A DNA stretch of 64,000 bases from an uncultured Gammaproteobacteria bacterium (GCA_964356225.1 CAYHGA010000003.1:266-64265); one strand, 5' to 3'; counted from the stretch's first letter, positions 28,754-40,359 are shown. Program-made: numbers and translations. Notes: generated from the letters alone by a model not told the origin.

Positions 28754-29996
28754 AACTTTATACGCCCGGGAAATTATTAATTCCCGGGCCATTCCTACTA
28801 TCGAGGCCGTAGCTATTTTAGACGACGGCTCCCTAGGTGTCTCATCCGTTCCCTCCGGAGCCTCTGTGGGTACTTACGAAGCCCTGGAACTGGTAGACAA
28901 CGACCCCAACCGCTACCTGGGTAAGGGGGTCTTGACCGCTGTGGGAAACATCAATAACGAAATCGCTCAAAAACTAATTGGCGTTCCTTTTGGCAGCCTG
29001 GCTGAAATTGATGAAACTCTTATCCGCCTGGATGGTGCTCCCAATAAATCCCGCCTGGGAGCCAATGCCATCATTGCCGTCTCCATGAGCATGGCCAAAG
29101 CCATTGCTGTCAGTTCCAAAATGCCGCTTTACCGCTATATTGCTGCTATTGCCCAAAACAATCAGCCCCTATTTATCCCTGCTCCGCTTTTTAACATGAT
29201 TAACGGGGGCAAACATGGCGCCGGCAACCTGGATTTTCAGGAGTTCCACGTTATTCCCAATATGCGCCACTCATATGCTGCGGCATTAGAAACTGGAGCT
29301 ACTATTTACCAGACAATCAAAAAAATTCTTATCCGCCGCGGAGCCATTCATAGCGTCGGCGACGAAGGGGGATTTGCCCCCAACCTTTTCACCAATTTAG
29401 ACGCCTTGGAAGTCCTGACCGAAGCCATCACCGAGCAGAACCACAAAGCCGGCTCCGACGTCGAACTGGGTCTGGATATCGCCGCCAACTCCATTTACAA
29501 AGACGGCCGCTATGTCATCAAAGACAGGAGCTCACCTCTGGAAACCATGGAATTCATTGATTATCTTAAAGATCTTAACGCCCAATATCACCTGCGCATT
29601 CTGGAAGACCCACTGGCCGAAGACGATTGGAAAGGCTGGACCACCATTACCTCCACCTTAGGCACTTCCCTGACTGTAGTCGGAGATGATTTGCTGGTCA
29701 CCAACCCCGAGCGGCTCAAAAAGGGAATTGCCGAAAAAGCCTGTAATTCCATCCTCATTAAACCCAACCAAATAGGGACGGTCACCGAAACCATCGCCGT
29801 CACCAACCAGGCCCGGGCCGCCGGCTGGAAAATTATCGTCTCTCACCGTTCAGGAGACACCAACGACCACTTCATAGCCGACTTTGCCGTGGGCGTCGGA
29901 TCAGAATACGCCAAGTTCGGTGCCCCCGACCGCGGCGAACGGGTGGCCAAATACAACCGCCTCCTCTCCATCGAAACCGAGCTCAAAACAACATGA
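28737..29996 (+). CDS. eno: enolase
   Basis: VPSGAS.G, LGANA, GDEGGFAP, VGDDL.VTN, SHRSG, ERVAKYNRLL. Confidence 0.97.
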   Translation: MSTKLKTLYAREIINSRAIPTIEAVAILDDGSLGVSSVPSGASVGTYEALELVDNDPNRYLGKGVLTAVGNINNEIAQKLIGVPFGSLAEIDETLIRLDGAPNKSRLGANAIIAVSMSMAKAIAVSSKMPLYRYIAAIAQNNQPLFIPAPLFNMINGGKHGAGNLDFQEFHVIPNMRHSYAAALETGATIYQTIKKILIRRGAIHSVGDEGGFAPNLFTNLDALEVLTEAITEQNHKAGSDVELGLDIAANSIYKDGRYVIKDRSSPLETMEFIDYLKDLNAQYHLRILEDPLAEDDWKGWTTITSTLGTSLTVVGDDLLVTNPERLKKGIAEKACNSILIKPNQIGTVTETIAVTNQARAAGWKIIVSHRSGDTNDHFIADFAVGVGSEYAKFGAPDRGERVAKYNRLLSIETELKTT

Positions 29997-31609
29997 CGTC
30001 TGTCCCCAAACCTGTTGTCTTAGCCATCTTGGACGGCTGGGGACTGGCCCCCGCCGGTCCCGGCAACGCCATTACCGCCGCCCAAACCCCCAACATCACT
30101 TCCTTCTGGAATTCCTATATTCACACCCAGCTTATTGCCCACGGAGAATCGGTCGGCCTGCCCAAATCCGAGCCGGGCAATACTGAAACCGGCCATTTAA
30201 ATTTAGGTGCCGGCCGCATCGTGTACCAAGATCTGCCCCGCATTAATATGAGTATCGCCGACGGCACCTTTTTCCAGAATCCCCAATTTCTGGGAGCCGT
30301 TAAACACGTGGCCGCTCATTCTTCCAGCTTGCATTTGCTGGGTTTGGTCGGCGGCGGCGGCGTCCATTCCGATCTCACTCATCTCTTTGCCCTCCTGCGT
30401 TTCTGCCACGAGCAGCACGTATCTCAAGTTTATCTGCATCTTTTTACCGACGGTCGGGATTCGCCTCCTTCTGCCGCCATGACCTACATCAATCAAGTAC
30501 GGGAAGTCATGGATCGCGAAGGTGTAGGGAAAATTGCCTCTATCATGGGCCGCTACTTCGCCATGGACCGGGATTTCCGTTGGGACCGAACGGCCAAAGC
30601 TTATTTTTGCCTAACTAAAGGAGAAGGTAAACAGGCCGATTCTGTGGACACGGCCATCAGTCAATCTTATTCAGCAAACAAGACCGACGAATTTATCGAA
30701 CCCACGCTCATTGACCCACAAGGAATTATAAAATCCGGGGACGCCGTTATTTTTTACAATTTCCGTATTGACCGGCCCCGCCAGTTAACCAAAGCTTTCG
30801 TCCTGCCCAATTTTGAAGAAACCGCCAATCATACCGGCTTCGACCCCTACGCTGTTAAATATATGGCCAAGCACGTTGAAGATATTTCCGGTAAGCCTCC
30901 CCCATTTACCCGTGGCCCCCAAATTCCCAACCTGTATTTTGTTACCATGACCGAATACGAGCAGCATCTCCCCGTTCAAATAGCTTTCCCTCCCCAAATG
31001 GTAGAATCTCCTTTGGGAAGAATAATTTCAAACGCCGGCCTCCGTCAACTTCGTCTATCCGAATCAGAAAAAGAGCGTTTTGTCACTTATTATTTCAATT
31101 GTCAATACGATCAGTCCTTCCCCGGCGAAGACCGTCTCATCATTCCTTCGCCCAAAGTTTCCACCTATGACAAAAGACCCGAAATGTCCGCTTTGGAGGT
31201 CACACAAACCGCAATTTCTAAAATTCAATCCGACTCCTACGATCTCATTGTTATGAACTATGCCAACCCGGACATGGTCGGCCACACCGGTAACCTCAAA
31301 GCCACTATTACAGCCTGCGGAGTAGTGGACACTTGTCTTGGAGATCTTTCCCGGAATATTTTAAGTAAAGGCGGGGTTTTAATTATTACCGCCGATCACG
31401 GCAACGCCGAAGAAATGATTAATCCCGCCACCGGCGGTATAGATACCGAACACAACGCCAACCCCGTACCCTTTATTCTCATCGGAAACGACTTCCGCAC
31501 CGCCACCCAAATTTCCCAGGGGATTCTCGCTGATGTGGCTCCCACAATACTTTCCCTTCTCAAAATCCCGGCTCCCTCTTCGATGACTGGCCGTAATTTA
31601 TTACGATAG
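29993..31609 (+). CDS. gpmI: 2,3-BPG-independent phosphoglycerate mutase
   Basis: ILDGWG, GNTETGH, DGRD, GRYFAMDRD, NPDMVGHTG, TADHGNAE. Confidence 0.96.
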   Translation: MTSVPKPVVLAILDGWGLAPAGPGNAITAAQTPNITSFWNSYIHTQLIAHGESVGLPKSEPGNTETGHLNLGAGRIVYQDLPRINMSIADGTFFQNPQFLGAVKHVAAHSSSLHLLGLVGGGGVHSDLTHLFALLRFCHEQHVSQVYLHLFTDGRDSPPSAAMTYINQVREVMDREGVGKIASIMGRYFAMDRDFRWDRTAKAYFCLTKGEGKQADSVDTAISQSYSANKTDEFIEPTLIDPQGIIKSGDAVIFYNFRIDRPRQLTKAFVLPNFEETANHTGFDPYAVKYMAKHVEDISGKPPPFTRGPQIPNLYFVTMTEYEQHLPVQIAFPPQMVESPLGRIISNAGLRQLRLSESEKERFVTYYFNCQYDQSFPGEDRLIIPSPKVSTYDKRPEMSALEVTQTAISKIQSDSYDLIVMNYANPDMVGHTGNLKATITACGVVDTCLGDLSRNILSKGGVLIITADHGNAEEMINPATGGIDTEHNANPVPFILIGNDFRTATQISQGILADVAPTILSLLKIPAPSSMTGRNLLR

Positions 31610-32204
31610 TTATCTCCCCCTTATACACTCCGTCATCCGGCCCAATATACTCATAGATTTTAGTCAATTCTCTGGCCACCACAATATCGGCAGTCGGATA
31701 TTTTTCTTTAAGTAACTTAAGCGTTTTAGACGCCCTCACCGGCGATTCATAAATTACAGTCGTCGTATTGGGCAGGATTTCATATTTGTCGTTCCAAAAC
31801 CCTAAAAACATAAACCTATCGGTCGGTAATCCGCAAGCAGACAGGGCCGCCGTCAGCGCGCTCGGTCCGGGAATCGGTACCACTTTAAACCCGGCCGCCC
31901 GCACCACGCTTACCACTTTATATCCCGGATCAGATATCAACGGCGTCCCCGCGTCCGAAACTAACGCCACATCACCATGAACTAAATAACCAAGTAACGA
32001 ACTAACCATTTTTGCCTCATTCCAATCCCGGACAGAAATAAATCTTGGGGACACTCCTTTAAGGATTATCCTTTTCACCAATTGTCCAGTATGGCGGGTA
32101 TCTTCACAAGCAATGACTGGTACCGTTAGCAATATTCTTTTGGCCCTGACCGTAATATCTTCCAGATTGCCAATCGGAGTCGCTACCACATATAATGTAC
32201 CCAC
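31560..32204 (-). CDS. rsmI: 16S rRNA C1402 2'-O-methyltransferase; start reassigned to GTG 32204
   Basis: 'GTLYVVATPIGNLEDIT', CEDTR, VSDAGTPLISDPG, YESP.R, ARELTK. Confidence 0.93.
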   Translation of the reverse strand: MGTLYVVATPIGNLEDITVRAKRILLTVPVIACEDTRHTGQLVKRIILKGVSPRFISVRDWNEAKMVSSLLGYLVHGDVALVSDAGTPLISDPGYKVVSVVRAAGFKVVPIPGPSALTAALSACGLPTDRFMFLGFWNDKYEILPNTTTVIYESPVRASKTLKLLKEKYPTADIVVARELTKIYEYIGPDDGVYKGEITIVINYGQSSKREPGF

Positions 32205-32825
32205 ATGCTCGATTTTATCATTCATATCGACATTCATCTGGGTCAGCTTATTTCCTCTTATGGCGTTTTGACCTACGCTATTCTATTTTTGATTATCTTC
32301 GTCGAAACCGGAGTAGTATTCGCCCCATTTTTACCCGGAGACAGTTTGCTGTTCGCAGCCGGGGCATTTTCAGCATTAGGATCTCTTAATCCCTGGTTTG
32401 TATTTATTTTGTTGTCTGTTGCCGCAGTTTTAGGAGACACCTGCAATTATTGGATTGGTCATTTTTTTGGCCAAAAAATTATTGATAATCCCGGAATTCC
32501 TTTAAACCAGGCGCACATAGAAAAAACTAATCATTTTTTTGCCAAGCACGGCGGTAAAACTATCTTTTTAGCCAGATTTATTCCTATAGTACGGACTTTT
32601 GCTCCGTTTGTAGCCGGAATCGGTAAAATGGATTACAAAAAGTTTATTTCATATAATTTGTTCGGAGGCGTGATCTGGGTCGGGTTATTTACTTTCGCCG
32701 GTTACTTTTTTGGCAACGTTTCTTTTATCAAACACAATTTTTCCCTGGTCATCATTGCCATTATTCTGGTTTCGGTTCTCCCTATGCTCCTCCACTTCCT
32801 CAAATCCCTCAAGAAAAAATCCTAA
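32205..32825 (+). CDS. dedA: DedA family membrane protein
   Basis: 'FVETG....FLPGDSLLF.AG', 'ARFIPIVRTFAPFVAG'. Confidence 0.95.
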   Translation: MLDFIIHIDIHLGQLISSYGVLTYAILFLIIFVETGVVFAPFLPGDSLLFAAGAFSALGSLNPWFVFILLSVAAVLGDTCNYWIGHFFGQKIIDNPGIPLNQAHIEKTNHFFAKHGGKTIFLARFIPIVRTFAPFVAGIGKMDYKKFISYNLFGGVIWVGLFTFAGYFFGNVSFIKHNFSLVIIAIILVSVLPMLLHFLKSLKKKS

Positions 32826-33460
32826 TTCACCACCCCATTATATCTGCGGATTACACCCACACACCGGCCCTGGATGCGAGCGCGAGTTGTAAAAATAGGG
32901 GACATCGTAGAATTAGCCGGTTCCAGGCGGATGCGGGTGGCTTCCTTAAAATAGCGTTTTAACGTGGCAAACCCGTTCTCCAAAAGGGCCACCACTACTT
33001 CCCCGTTTTTAGCTTCTTCTGTCTGCTCGATAACCACAAAATCCCGGTCCAAAATGCCCGCATCAATCATCGAATCTCCCTTAACCTGCAGTACAAAGGC
33101 TCTTCTCTTTGGCGATACCATGGTCGGAGGGATTCCCAGGACCGCGTTGGGATCGGTATACGGCTCAATCGGCGCCCCCGCCGCGATAAATCCCAAGACC
33201 GGCAGTTCCACCGAAGCCGGCGTCTGCGACCGCAGGGCCATGTCTTTTTCCGTAATCTCAATCGACCGCACCGCGCCTTCCCGACGCTTAATCACCCCTT
33301 TTTTCTCCATGGTTTCCAGATGTTCATGGACCGTAGCCAGGCTGGACACTCCCAAAGCTTGCGCAATCTCTGCTAAAGTCGGAGAATAGCCGTTTCTTTG
33401 GATATATTGAGATATGAAATCCAAAATTTGTCTTTGCCTCTTGTATAGCGTCACTGGCAT
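32822..33460 (-). CDS. lexA: LexA repressor
   Basis: wHTH 'RQRQILDFI..GYSPT..EI', IAAG.P cleavage site, GDSM Ser, TLKR Lys. Confidence 0.96.
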   Translation of the reverse strand: MPVTLYKRQRQILDFISQYIQRNGYSPTLAEIAQALGVSSLATVHEHLETMEKKGVIKRREGAVRSIEITEKDMALRSQTPASVELPVLGFIAAGAPIEPYTDPNAVLGIPPTMVSPKRRAFVLQVKGDSMIDAGILDRDFVVIEQTEEAKNGEVVVALLENGFATLKRYFKEATRIRLEPANSTMSPIFTTRARIQGRCVGVIRRYNGVVN

Positions 33461-33474
33461 AGTTATAATTTAAC

Positions 33475-33490
33475 CCGAATAAAAACCAAA
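33475..33490 (-). promoter_or_regulatory. candidate LexA operator TTTGG-N6-TTCGG between lexA and uvrB
   Basis: Imperfect direct repeat in the 29-bp divergent spacer; resembles the Patescibacteria LexA motif as recalled from memory. Confidence 0.5.
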
Positions 33491-35514
33491 TGTCAAGCAC
33501 CAACTTTAAAATCAAGGCCCCATACAAACCAACGGGCGATCAACCGCAAGCTATCAAAAAGCTAGTGACTAGCGACCAACAGCACCAAGTATTACTAGGT
33601 GTCACCGGTTCCGGCAAGACTTTTACTATTGCTAATGTCATACAAAAAGTTCAGAAACCGACATTAGTTATCTCACACAACAAAACTCTGGCCGCCCAGC
33701 TTTACCAGGAATTCCGCGATTATTTTCCCGACAACGCCGTTTCTTATTTCGTCTCCTACTACGATTATTATCAACCCGAAGCTTATATCCCTCAATCAGA
33801 TACGTATATAGAGAAAGAGACCGATATTAATGACCAGATAGACAAACTTCGTCTGGCGGCCACAACTAATCTCCTCACCCGCAAAGATGTCATCGTTGTG
33901 GCTTCAGTGTCCTGTATTTATAACTTAGGTTCCCCGGCCGAATACGGCAAAACCGTACTGGAACTAGCCCCGGGCCTCAAAGTTTCCCGAAATCAGATAT
34001 TTATGCGCCTCAATGATCTCCAATATTCCCGTTCCAACTTCGGATTTCATAGAGGCACTTACCGCGTCCGCGGCGAAACAATCGATATTTATCTGGCCTA
34101 CGCAGATTCCGCCATCCGCATTACCCACGACGGAAGCAAAATTACAAAATTAGAGCAATTTGACCCCCTCACCGGCAAAAAGGTTAGTCCTTTTTGCTTC
34201 AAAAGGACTAACCTTATTATTTACCCGGCAAAACACTACATCGCCCCCCGTGATAATCAAACAGAAGTTTTTAAGCAAATCCGTCACGATCTTCAATCAC
34301 AAGTGGCTAAATTTAAATCTGAAGGCAAAATGCTAGAAGCTCACCGCATCAATCAGCGGGTTAATTATGATCTGGAAATGATCCAGGAGCTGGGGTATGT
34401 TAATGGAATCGAGAACTATTCCCGGTATTTTGACGGCCGGAAAGTTGGCGACCCGCCTTATTCACTCATGGATTATTTCCCCAAAGATTACCTGTTAATT
34501 GTTGATGAGTCGCACATGACTATCCCCCAAATCCGCGGCATGTATAACGGCGACCGTTCTAGGAAACAAACTCTTATCGATTATGGTTTTAGGCTCCCGG
34601 CAGCCTTGGATAACCGTCCTCTCAAGTTTGACGAATTTATGCGCCGCACCGGCCGGACCATATACTTATCCGCCACTCCTGACGAATGGGAAATTTCCCA
34701 ATCAGAAAATCATGTCGTGGAACAGCTCGTCCGCCCCACCGGCCTCGTCGATCCCCAAATTTCAATTCGTCCCACTTCCGGTCAAATCCAAGATCTAATT
34801 GCCAATTGCCAATTGCTAATTGCCAAACATCAACGAATATTAGTCACTACTCTCACTAAGCGCATGGCCGAAGACTTGGCCTCCTATCTGCAGGAACAAG
34901 GTTACAAGGTTCATTATCTGCATTCCGATGTGGATACTCTGGACCGCCTGGACATCTTAGACGATCTGCGTAAAGGCATCTATGACATCATCGTGGGCAT
35001 TAATTTACTGCGTGAAGGTCTGGATCTGCCCGAAGTTTCTCTGGTCGCAATTTTAGACGCGGATAAAGAAGGTTTTCTCCGTTCCCGCACCTCTCTTATT
35101 CAAACCATGGGCCGGGCGGCCCGGCACGAAGAAGGCCAAGTCATTATGTATGCCGATAAAGTCACCGATTCCATGCGGGCAGCCATAGACGAAGTCGGCC
35201 GCCGCCGCCAAGTCCAGCTAGACTACAATATTAAACACGGCATCTCTCCTAAATCCATCACTAAAGCCATCCGCGAGCGGATTGTGGAAAAAGAAGTCGA
35301 ATCTCCCGTAACTCTTGATCCTCAAGAAATTCTCAAGGGCCGCTCCCTGGACGCTGCCGATATCGACATGTCCAAAGTCAATCAGCTTACCCCCGAAGAT
35401 CACACCAAACTTATCAAACTCATGACAAAACAGATGAACTCCGCCGCTCGCGCCCTGGAATTCGAAGAAGCCGCCCGCCTCCGCGACCGCATCCGCCAGA
35501 TCCATTCACTTTAG
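33490..35514 (+). CDS. uvrB: excinuclease ABC subunit B
   Basis: GVTGSGKT, FVSYYDYYQPEAY, DESH, GINLLREGLD, FEEAARLRD. Confidence 0.98.
   Translation: MSSTNFKIKAPYKPTGDQPQAIKKLVTSDQQHQVLLGVTGSGKTFTIANVIQKVQKPTLVISHNKTLAAQLYQEFRDYFPDNAVSYFVSYYDYYQPEAYIPQSDTYIEKETDINDQIDKLRLAATTNLLTRKDVIVVASVSCIYNLGSPAEYGKTVLELAPGLKVSRNQIFMRLNDLQYSRSNFGFHRGTYRVRGETIDIYLAYADSAIRITHDGSKITKLEQFDPLTGKKVSPFCFKRTNLIIYPAKHYIAPRDNQTEVFKQIRHDLQSQVAKFKSEGKMLEAHRINQRVNYDLEMIQELGYVNGIENYSRYFDGRKVGDPPYSLMDYFPKDYLLIVDESHMTIPQIRGMYNGDRSRKQTLIDYGFRLPAALDNRPLKFDEFMRRTGRTIYLSATPDEWEISQSENHVVEQLVRPTGLVDPQISIRPTSGQIQDLIANCQLLIAKHQRILVTTLTKRMAEDLASYLQEQGYKVHYLHSDVDTLDRLDILDDLRKGIYDIIVGINLLREGLDLPEVSLVAILDADKEGFLRSRTSLIQTMGRAARHEEGQVIMYADKVTDSMRAAIDEVGRRRQVQLDYNIKHGISPKSITKAIRERIVEKEVESPVTLDPQEILKGRSLDAADIDMSKVNQLTPEDHTKLIKLMTKQMNSAARALEFEEAARLRDRIRQIHSL
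34175..34215. repeat. intragenic REP-like doublet in uvrB
   Basis: GCAAAAAGG-TTAGT-CCTTTTTGC followed by inverted partner AAAAGGACTAACCTT. Confidence 0.7.
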
Positions 35515-35530
35515 AGTATAATCACACGTC

Positions 35531-38329
35531 ATGGATTTCATCAAAATTAGGGGGGCCCGGGAACATAATTTAAAAAATATTGATCTGGACATTCCCAAAA
35601 ATAAACTGGTGGTTTTTACAGGTCTGTCCGGCTCCGGCAAATCCTCACTGGCTTTCGACACCATCTACGCCGAAGGCCAGCGCCGCTATGTGGAAAGTCT
35701 TTCCAGTTATGCTCGCCAATTTCTAGGCATCATGGACAAACCCGACGTCGATCAAATCGAGGGTTTATCTCCGGCCATATCCATAGACCAAAAATCCACC
35801 TCCCACAACCCCAGGTCAACTGTGGGCACTGTCACGGAAATTTACGATTATTTAAGATTATTATTCGCCCGCATCGGCCATCCCCATTGTCCCAAATGCG
35901 GCCGGGAAATCACCCAAATGTCCACCCAAGCCATCGTCGACCACATAATTGCTATGGATAAATACTCCAAAATCCTCATCTTATCCCCCATTGTCCGGGG
36001 CCGGAAAGGGGAATACACTGAACTTTTCTCTTCTCTGCGCCAAAAAGGTTACACCAAAATCAGAATCGATGGCAAAATAATTTCTCTTAACGACGATGTT
36101 TTACTTTTAAAAAACAATAAACACGATATCGACGTGGTCATCGACAGAGTAATTGTCGACAAAAAAACCCTTGACCGCACCCGGATTTTTGATTCAGTCG
36201 AATCCGCCCTCAAACTCTCCGATGGTTTGTGCATCGCCGCTGTTATCAAAGACAAATCTTTTAATATTCCCGACCAGCCCAAGGACATGCAAGACCATTT
36301 ATATTCAGAACGTTTCGCCTGTCCCGTAGACAACATCTCCCTGCCGGAAATTGAGCCCCGCATTTTTTCCTTTAATTCGCCTCACGGCGCCTGCCCTAAC
36401 TGTACAGGATTAGGTTATCAGCAAAAAATCAACGCCGACCTGGTTCTCAATCCTCATCTCACTATTTCCGAAGGCGGAATATTACCCTATGCCAGGACCT
36501 TTTTATACGATTCCTGGTTTTCCCGCAAAGTCGCATCCTTGGGCTTTCCTATGCGCATCCCTCTCGCAGAATACACCAAATCTCAAAAACAGGAATTATT
36601 ATACGGCACAAATGAATTTGAAGGCATTCTTCCCAACCTGGAACGCCGCTACAAGGAAACCCAGTCCGACTTTATCAGAACGGAAATCGAACGTTACATG
36701 CGCCGAGAGACCTGCCCTATCTGTAACGGACTTCGCCTCAAACCCGGATCTTTAAGTGTCACCATCAACGGTCAATCCATCGCTGACGTCACTCGGCTCT
36801 CGGTATCTTTATCTCTAAGTTACGTCAGCAACTTAAGTAGCTTAAATAACAGGGAAAAAACCATCAGTACTCCCATTCTTAAAGAGATAAAAGAGCGGTT
36901 AGGTTTTTTGGTGTCCGTCGGTCTGGATTACCTCACTTTAGACAGATCTGCCACCACTCTTGCCGGTGGAGAAGCTCAACGCATCCGGTTAGCTTCGCAA
37001 ATCGGATCGGGTCTGTCAGGGGTGTTATATGTTCTCGACGAACCATCCATCGGATTGCATCAGCGCGACAACCAGCGCCTCATCGACACCCTCAAACGCC
37101 TGCGCGATCTGGGTAACTCCGTAATAGTTGTAGAACACGACGCAGATATAATGCTCCAATCCGACTGGATCGTAGATTTCGGCCCGGGAGCAGGTGAACA
37201 CGGCGGCCGGGTTATCTCCGCCGGCACTCCCGACCACATCAAATCCGATCCTCACTCCATAACCGGTCAATATTTATCAGGTAAAAAACAAATTATGACT
37301 ACGAATGACAATCGTATGACTACGAATGACAAAATATTAACTATCAAGGGAGCCTCCGAGCACAACCTCAAAAACATTAATGTTGAATTTCCCCTGGGCA
37401 AATTCATCTGCGTTACCGGCGTCTCCGGCTCCGGCAAATCCACCCTCGTCAGCGATATCTTGTATCACGCACTGGCCCGCCACTTCAATCCCGAACACAA
37501 AGAAAAAGCCGGCCAATATAAATCTCTAGAGGGCGTAGAACACCTGGACCGGGTCGTCATGGTCGATCAGGCTCCCATTGGCCGCACTCCCCGCAGCAAT
37601 CCCGCCACTTATACCGGTTTGTTTACCACTATCCGCGATATCTTTGCCCTTACCCCCGAAGCTCGCGTCAGGGGCTATTTCCCCGGCCGATTCTCTTTTA
37701 ATGTCAAAGGCGGCCGTTGTGAAGCCTGCGAAGGCGATGGCCAAATCAAAATAGAAATGCAGTTTTTACCCGCTGTCTACGTAGACTGCGAAGTTTGCCA
37801 TGGTCTCCGCTACAATTCCGAAACCTTGGAAGTCCATTACAAAGGCAAAAATATCGCCGAAGTCCTAAATATGACGGTCGAAGAAGCTTTGCAATTTTTC
37901 CAGGCCGTACCAGCCGCATTCGACAAATTGCAGACTCTCAAAGATGTTGGCCTAAATTATATTCATTTGGGTCAGCCAGCTCCGACTCTCTCGGGAGGAG
38001 AAGCCCAGCGGGTTAAATTATCTGCCGAACTGTCCAAACGGGCCACCGGCAAAACCATATACATTTTGGATGAACCCACCACCGGTTTGCACTTTGCCGA
38101 CCTGGAAAAACTTCTCCGCGTCCTACGCCAGTTGGTCGCTACCGGGAATACCGTCGTAGTTATTGAACACAATCCCGACGTCATCAAAAACTCCGACTGG
38201 ATTATTGATCTGGGCCCCGAAGGCGGCGACGCAGGCGGATACCTGGTAGCCGCCGGCACACCCAAGCACATTTCCCATATTAAATCTTCATACACCGGCC
38301 GGATTATTTCTTTCCACCCAATCTCTTAA
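35531..38329 (+). CDS. uvrA: excinuclease ABC subunit A
   Basis: Two ABC modules ([17 protein letters not shown][A/S]GGEAQR), zinc fingers. Confidence 0.98.
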   Translation: MDFIKIRGAREHNLKNIDLDIPKNKLVVFTGLSGSGKSSLAFDTIYAEGQRRYVESLSSYARQFLGIMDKPDVDQIEGLSPAISIDQKSTSHNPRSTVGTVTEIYDYLRLLFARIGHPHCPKCGREITQMSTQAIVDHIIAMDKYSKILILSPIVRGRKGEYTELFSSLRQKGYTKIRIDGKIISLNDDVLLLKNNKHDIDVVIDRVIVDKKTLDRTRIFDSVESALKLSDGLCIAAVIKDKSFNIPDQPKDMQDHLYSERFACPVDNISLPEIEPRIFSFNSPHGACPNCTGLGYQQKINADLVLNPHLTISEGGILPYARTFLYDSWFSRKVASLGFPMRIPLAEYTKSQKQELLYGTNEFEGILPNLERRYKETQSDFIRTEIERYMRRETCPICNGLRLKPGSLSVTINGQSIADVTRLSVSLSLSYVSNLSSLNNREKTISTPILKEIKERLGFLVSVGLDYLTLDRSATTLAGGEAQRIRLASQIGSGLSGVLYVLDEPSIGLHQRDNQRLIDTLKRLRDLGNSVIVVEHDADIMLQSDWIVDFGPGAGEHGGRVISAGTPDHIKSDPHSITGQYLSGKKQIMTTNDNRMTTNDKILTIKGASEHNLKNINVEFPLGKFICVTGVSGSGKSTLVSDILYHALARHFNPEHKEKAGQYKSLEGVEHLDRVVMVDQAPIGRTPRSNPATYTGLFTTIRDIFALTPEARVRGYFPGRFSFNVKGGRCEACEGDGQIKIEMQFLPAVYVDCEVCHGLRYNSETLEVHYKGKNIAEVLNMTVEEALQFFQAVPAAFDKLQTLKDVGLNYIHLGQPAPTLSGGEAQRVKLSAELSKRATGKTIYILDEPTTGLHFADLEKLLRVLRQLVATGNTVVVIEHNPDVIKNSDWIIDLGPEGGDAGGYLVAAGTPKHISHIKSSYTGRIISFHPIS

Positions 38330-38683
38330 GGGACCGAAATAGAAATCTTTCCAGCCCTTATTAATTTTATCTCTCTCCCGGTCCGGCACATCCTCATGCA
38401 GCAAATCAATATATGTCCGTTGGTTTTCGTATGTTAGCGATATTTGCACCCGGGATGGTTTACTTTTCCCCATCACCCATTCCTGAACTATCATTTTCCG
38501 GGGTTTGACTTCTATATTTTTTCCGTAAATATCCCCATTCCACAAAGAGAACTTAAACCCCGGCTTATCGCTCATTTTAGCCGGTCCCCCTCCCCACTCA
38601 TTAATCAGCGCAGGATTTACCAGCGCTTCCCACACCTTCCCCACCCCTGCGTGCACAATATAGCTCTGTCGGATTACGCTCAC
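38288..38683 (-). CDS. SRPBCC/AHSA1-like domain protein
   Basis: 'VWEAL.NP..I.EW', 'FSLWNG.I.G', 'IVQEW', 'GW..FYF.PL'. Confidence 0.8.
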   Translation of the reverse strand: MSVIRQSYIVHAGVGKVWEALVNPALINEWGGGPAKMSDKPGFKFSLWNGDIYGKNIEVKPRKMIVQEWVMGKSKPSRVQISLTYENQRTYIDLLHEDVPDRERDKINKGWKDFYFGPLRDWVERNNPAGV

Positions 38684-38703
38684 TATCTATATAATAACAC
38701 AAA

Positions 38704-40359
38704 ATGCGCAAAATTTTATTGGTATTTTTATTGGTTTCTATTGGTAGAGTTTCCGCTTCCGGAGAGTTTCATATTAAGCAAACCGTTGATTATAAATTCG
38801 ATTCTTCCGGCAGCTCAACCGTCGTTATGCATGTTTCCCTGACCAACAATAATGCCAATTACTATGCCTCCCGGTATGAATTAGACTTAGTAGGGGAGAA
38901 TCCCCAAAACATTTCCAGTTGGGACTCTACAGGCCCTCTCAAAATCGTCACTACCCCCACAGCTGCCGATACTACCCATATCACCGCATATTTTAACGAC
39001 GTAGTCACCGGCCTGGGAAAAAACCTTGATTTTACAATTCAATATCAGGGCAAACCGGCTATTCATAACGGACAGGTCTGGGAAATTAATCTGCCTAAAC
39101 TTTCTAACCCCGCTTCCGTTGACGAATATTCCCTAAATTTAATTGTCCCTTCATCATTTGGCCAACCCGCCTACTTGTCTCCCCCGCCCATGTCATCCGA
39201 AAAAAACGTCTACATTTTTACAAAATCACAGCTGAGCCACATCGGAGTAGTTGCTGCTTTCGGAAATTTTCAAACTTTTTCTTTTCGCCTGAAGTATAAA
39301 ATCGACAACCCTTCCCAAATTGCCTTACCTTCCGACACAGCTTATCAAAGAATTTTTTTTGATTCAATAACTCCTCCGCCTATTTCAGTTATCGCCGATG
39401 CCGACGGCAACTGGTTGGCCAGCTTTAATCCTGGTGAAATCGTCGTCTCCGGACAGGCCCATCTGCTCATAGACCCACTGTCCTCCTTTACGGATTCACC
39501 ACCGGAAAAATATCTTTCTTCTACTACTTACTGGCCTGCCGATAATCCTCAAATAATTTCTATCGCCAAATCCCTTAAAACTCCTAAGAAAATTTACGAC
39601 TACGTCGTGACTAACGTTGAATATGATTATGGTTCAGCTGCATCTTCAACCGCCGTCCGCCAGGGCGCTTTAGCCGTTCTTTCTTCAAAGAAAGGGGTCT
39701 GCACTGAATTCACCGATCTTTTTATCGCTTTATCCAGAGCTGCCGGCATCCCTGCCCGCGAAGTAAATGGCTATGGTTACACGACCGACCTGCGTTTGCG
39801 TACACCCCTCCACTCCTGGCCCCAATACTGGGACGCCTCTCGCCGGGTTTGGGTCAGCGTGGATCCTACCTGGGGCCGCACCACCCAAGGAGTCGATTAT
39901 TTCTCCAAACTGGATTTTAACCATCTGGCCTTTATCACTCACGGCCTATCCGATTCTCTGCCGGTTCCGAATTTCCAGGACATCCAAGTTAGTTACGGGT
40001 CATACCACGATTATCTTACCCGGCCCCTTATCACCAAATGGCAGCCTCCCTTATTTATTCTGCCGTTTATTCCCGGCACTTTCCGTCTACAAATCACCAA
40101 TCCTAACTCTCAGGCCGTCTATTCCAACCCCGTAACTCTGCCTCCCTATGGATCAAAGGTCCTGACCGTCCAGTACACTCTTACCCATCCTTTTGATTTT
40201 AGTCCCAAATCCGTCACCCTCATCAATATGACGTATAATATCCCCACAACTTTATTTCTTCCCTGGCAAATTGGCTTTGCTCTCTTTATCTCACTTACCC
40301 TTATCGCCGGGAGTATATATCTTCAAAGACATATCCGGCCACACCCTCTACGTCGGTAA
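38704..40359 (+). CDS. secreted/membrane transglutaminase-like protein
   Basis: Signal peptide; GVCTEF..LF.AL.RA.GIPAR, HSW, W..VDPTW triad; C-terminal TM. Confidence 0.88.
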   Translation: MRKILLVFLLVSIGRVSASGEFHIKQTVDYKFDSSGSSTVVMHVSLTNNNANYYASRYELDLVGENPQNISSWDSTGPLKIVTTPTAADTTHITAYFNDVVTGLGKNLDFTIQYQGKPAIHNGQVWEINLPKLSNPASVDEYSLNLIVPSSFGQPAYLSPPPMSSEKNVYIFTKSQLSHIGVVAAFGNFQTFSFRLKYKIDNPSQIALPSDTAYQRIFFDSITPPPISVIADADGNWLASFNPGEIVVSGQAHLLIDPLSSFTDSPPEKYLSSTTYWPADNPQIISIAKSLKTPKKIYDYVVTNVEYDYGSAASSTAVRQGALAVLSSKKGVCTEFTDLFIALSRAAGIPAREVNGYGYTTDLRLRTPLHSWPQYWDASRRVWVSVDPTWGRTTQGVDYFSKLDFNHLAFITHGLSDSLPVPNFQDIQVSYGSYHDYLTRPLITKWQPPLFILPFIPGTFRLQITNPNSQAVYSNPVTLPPYGSKVLTVQYTLTHPFDFSPKSVTLINMTYNIPTTLFLPWQIGFALFISLTLIAGSIYLQRHIRPHPLRR

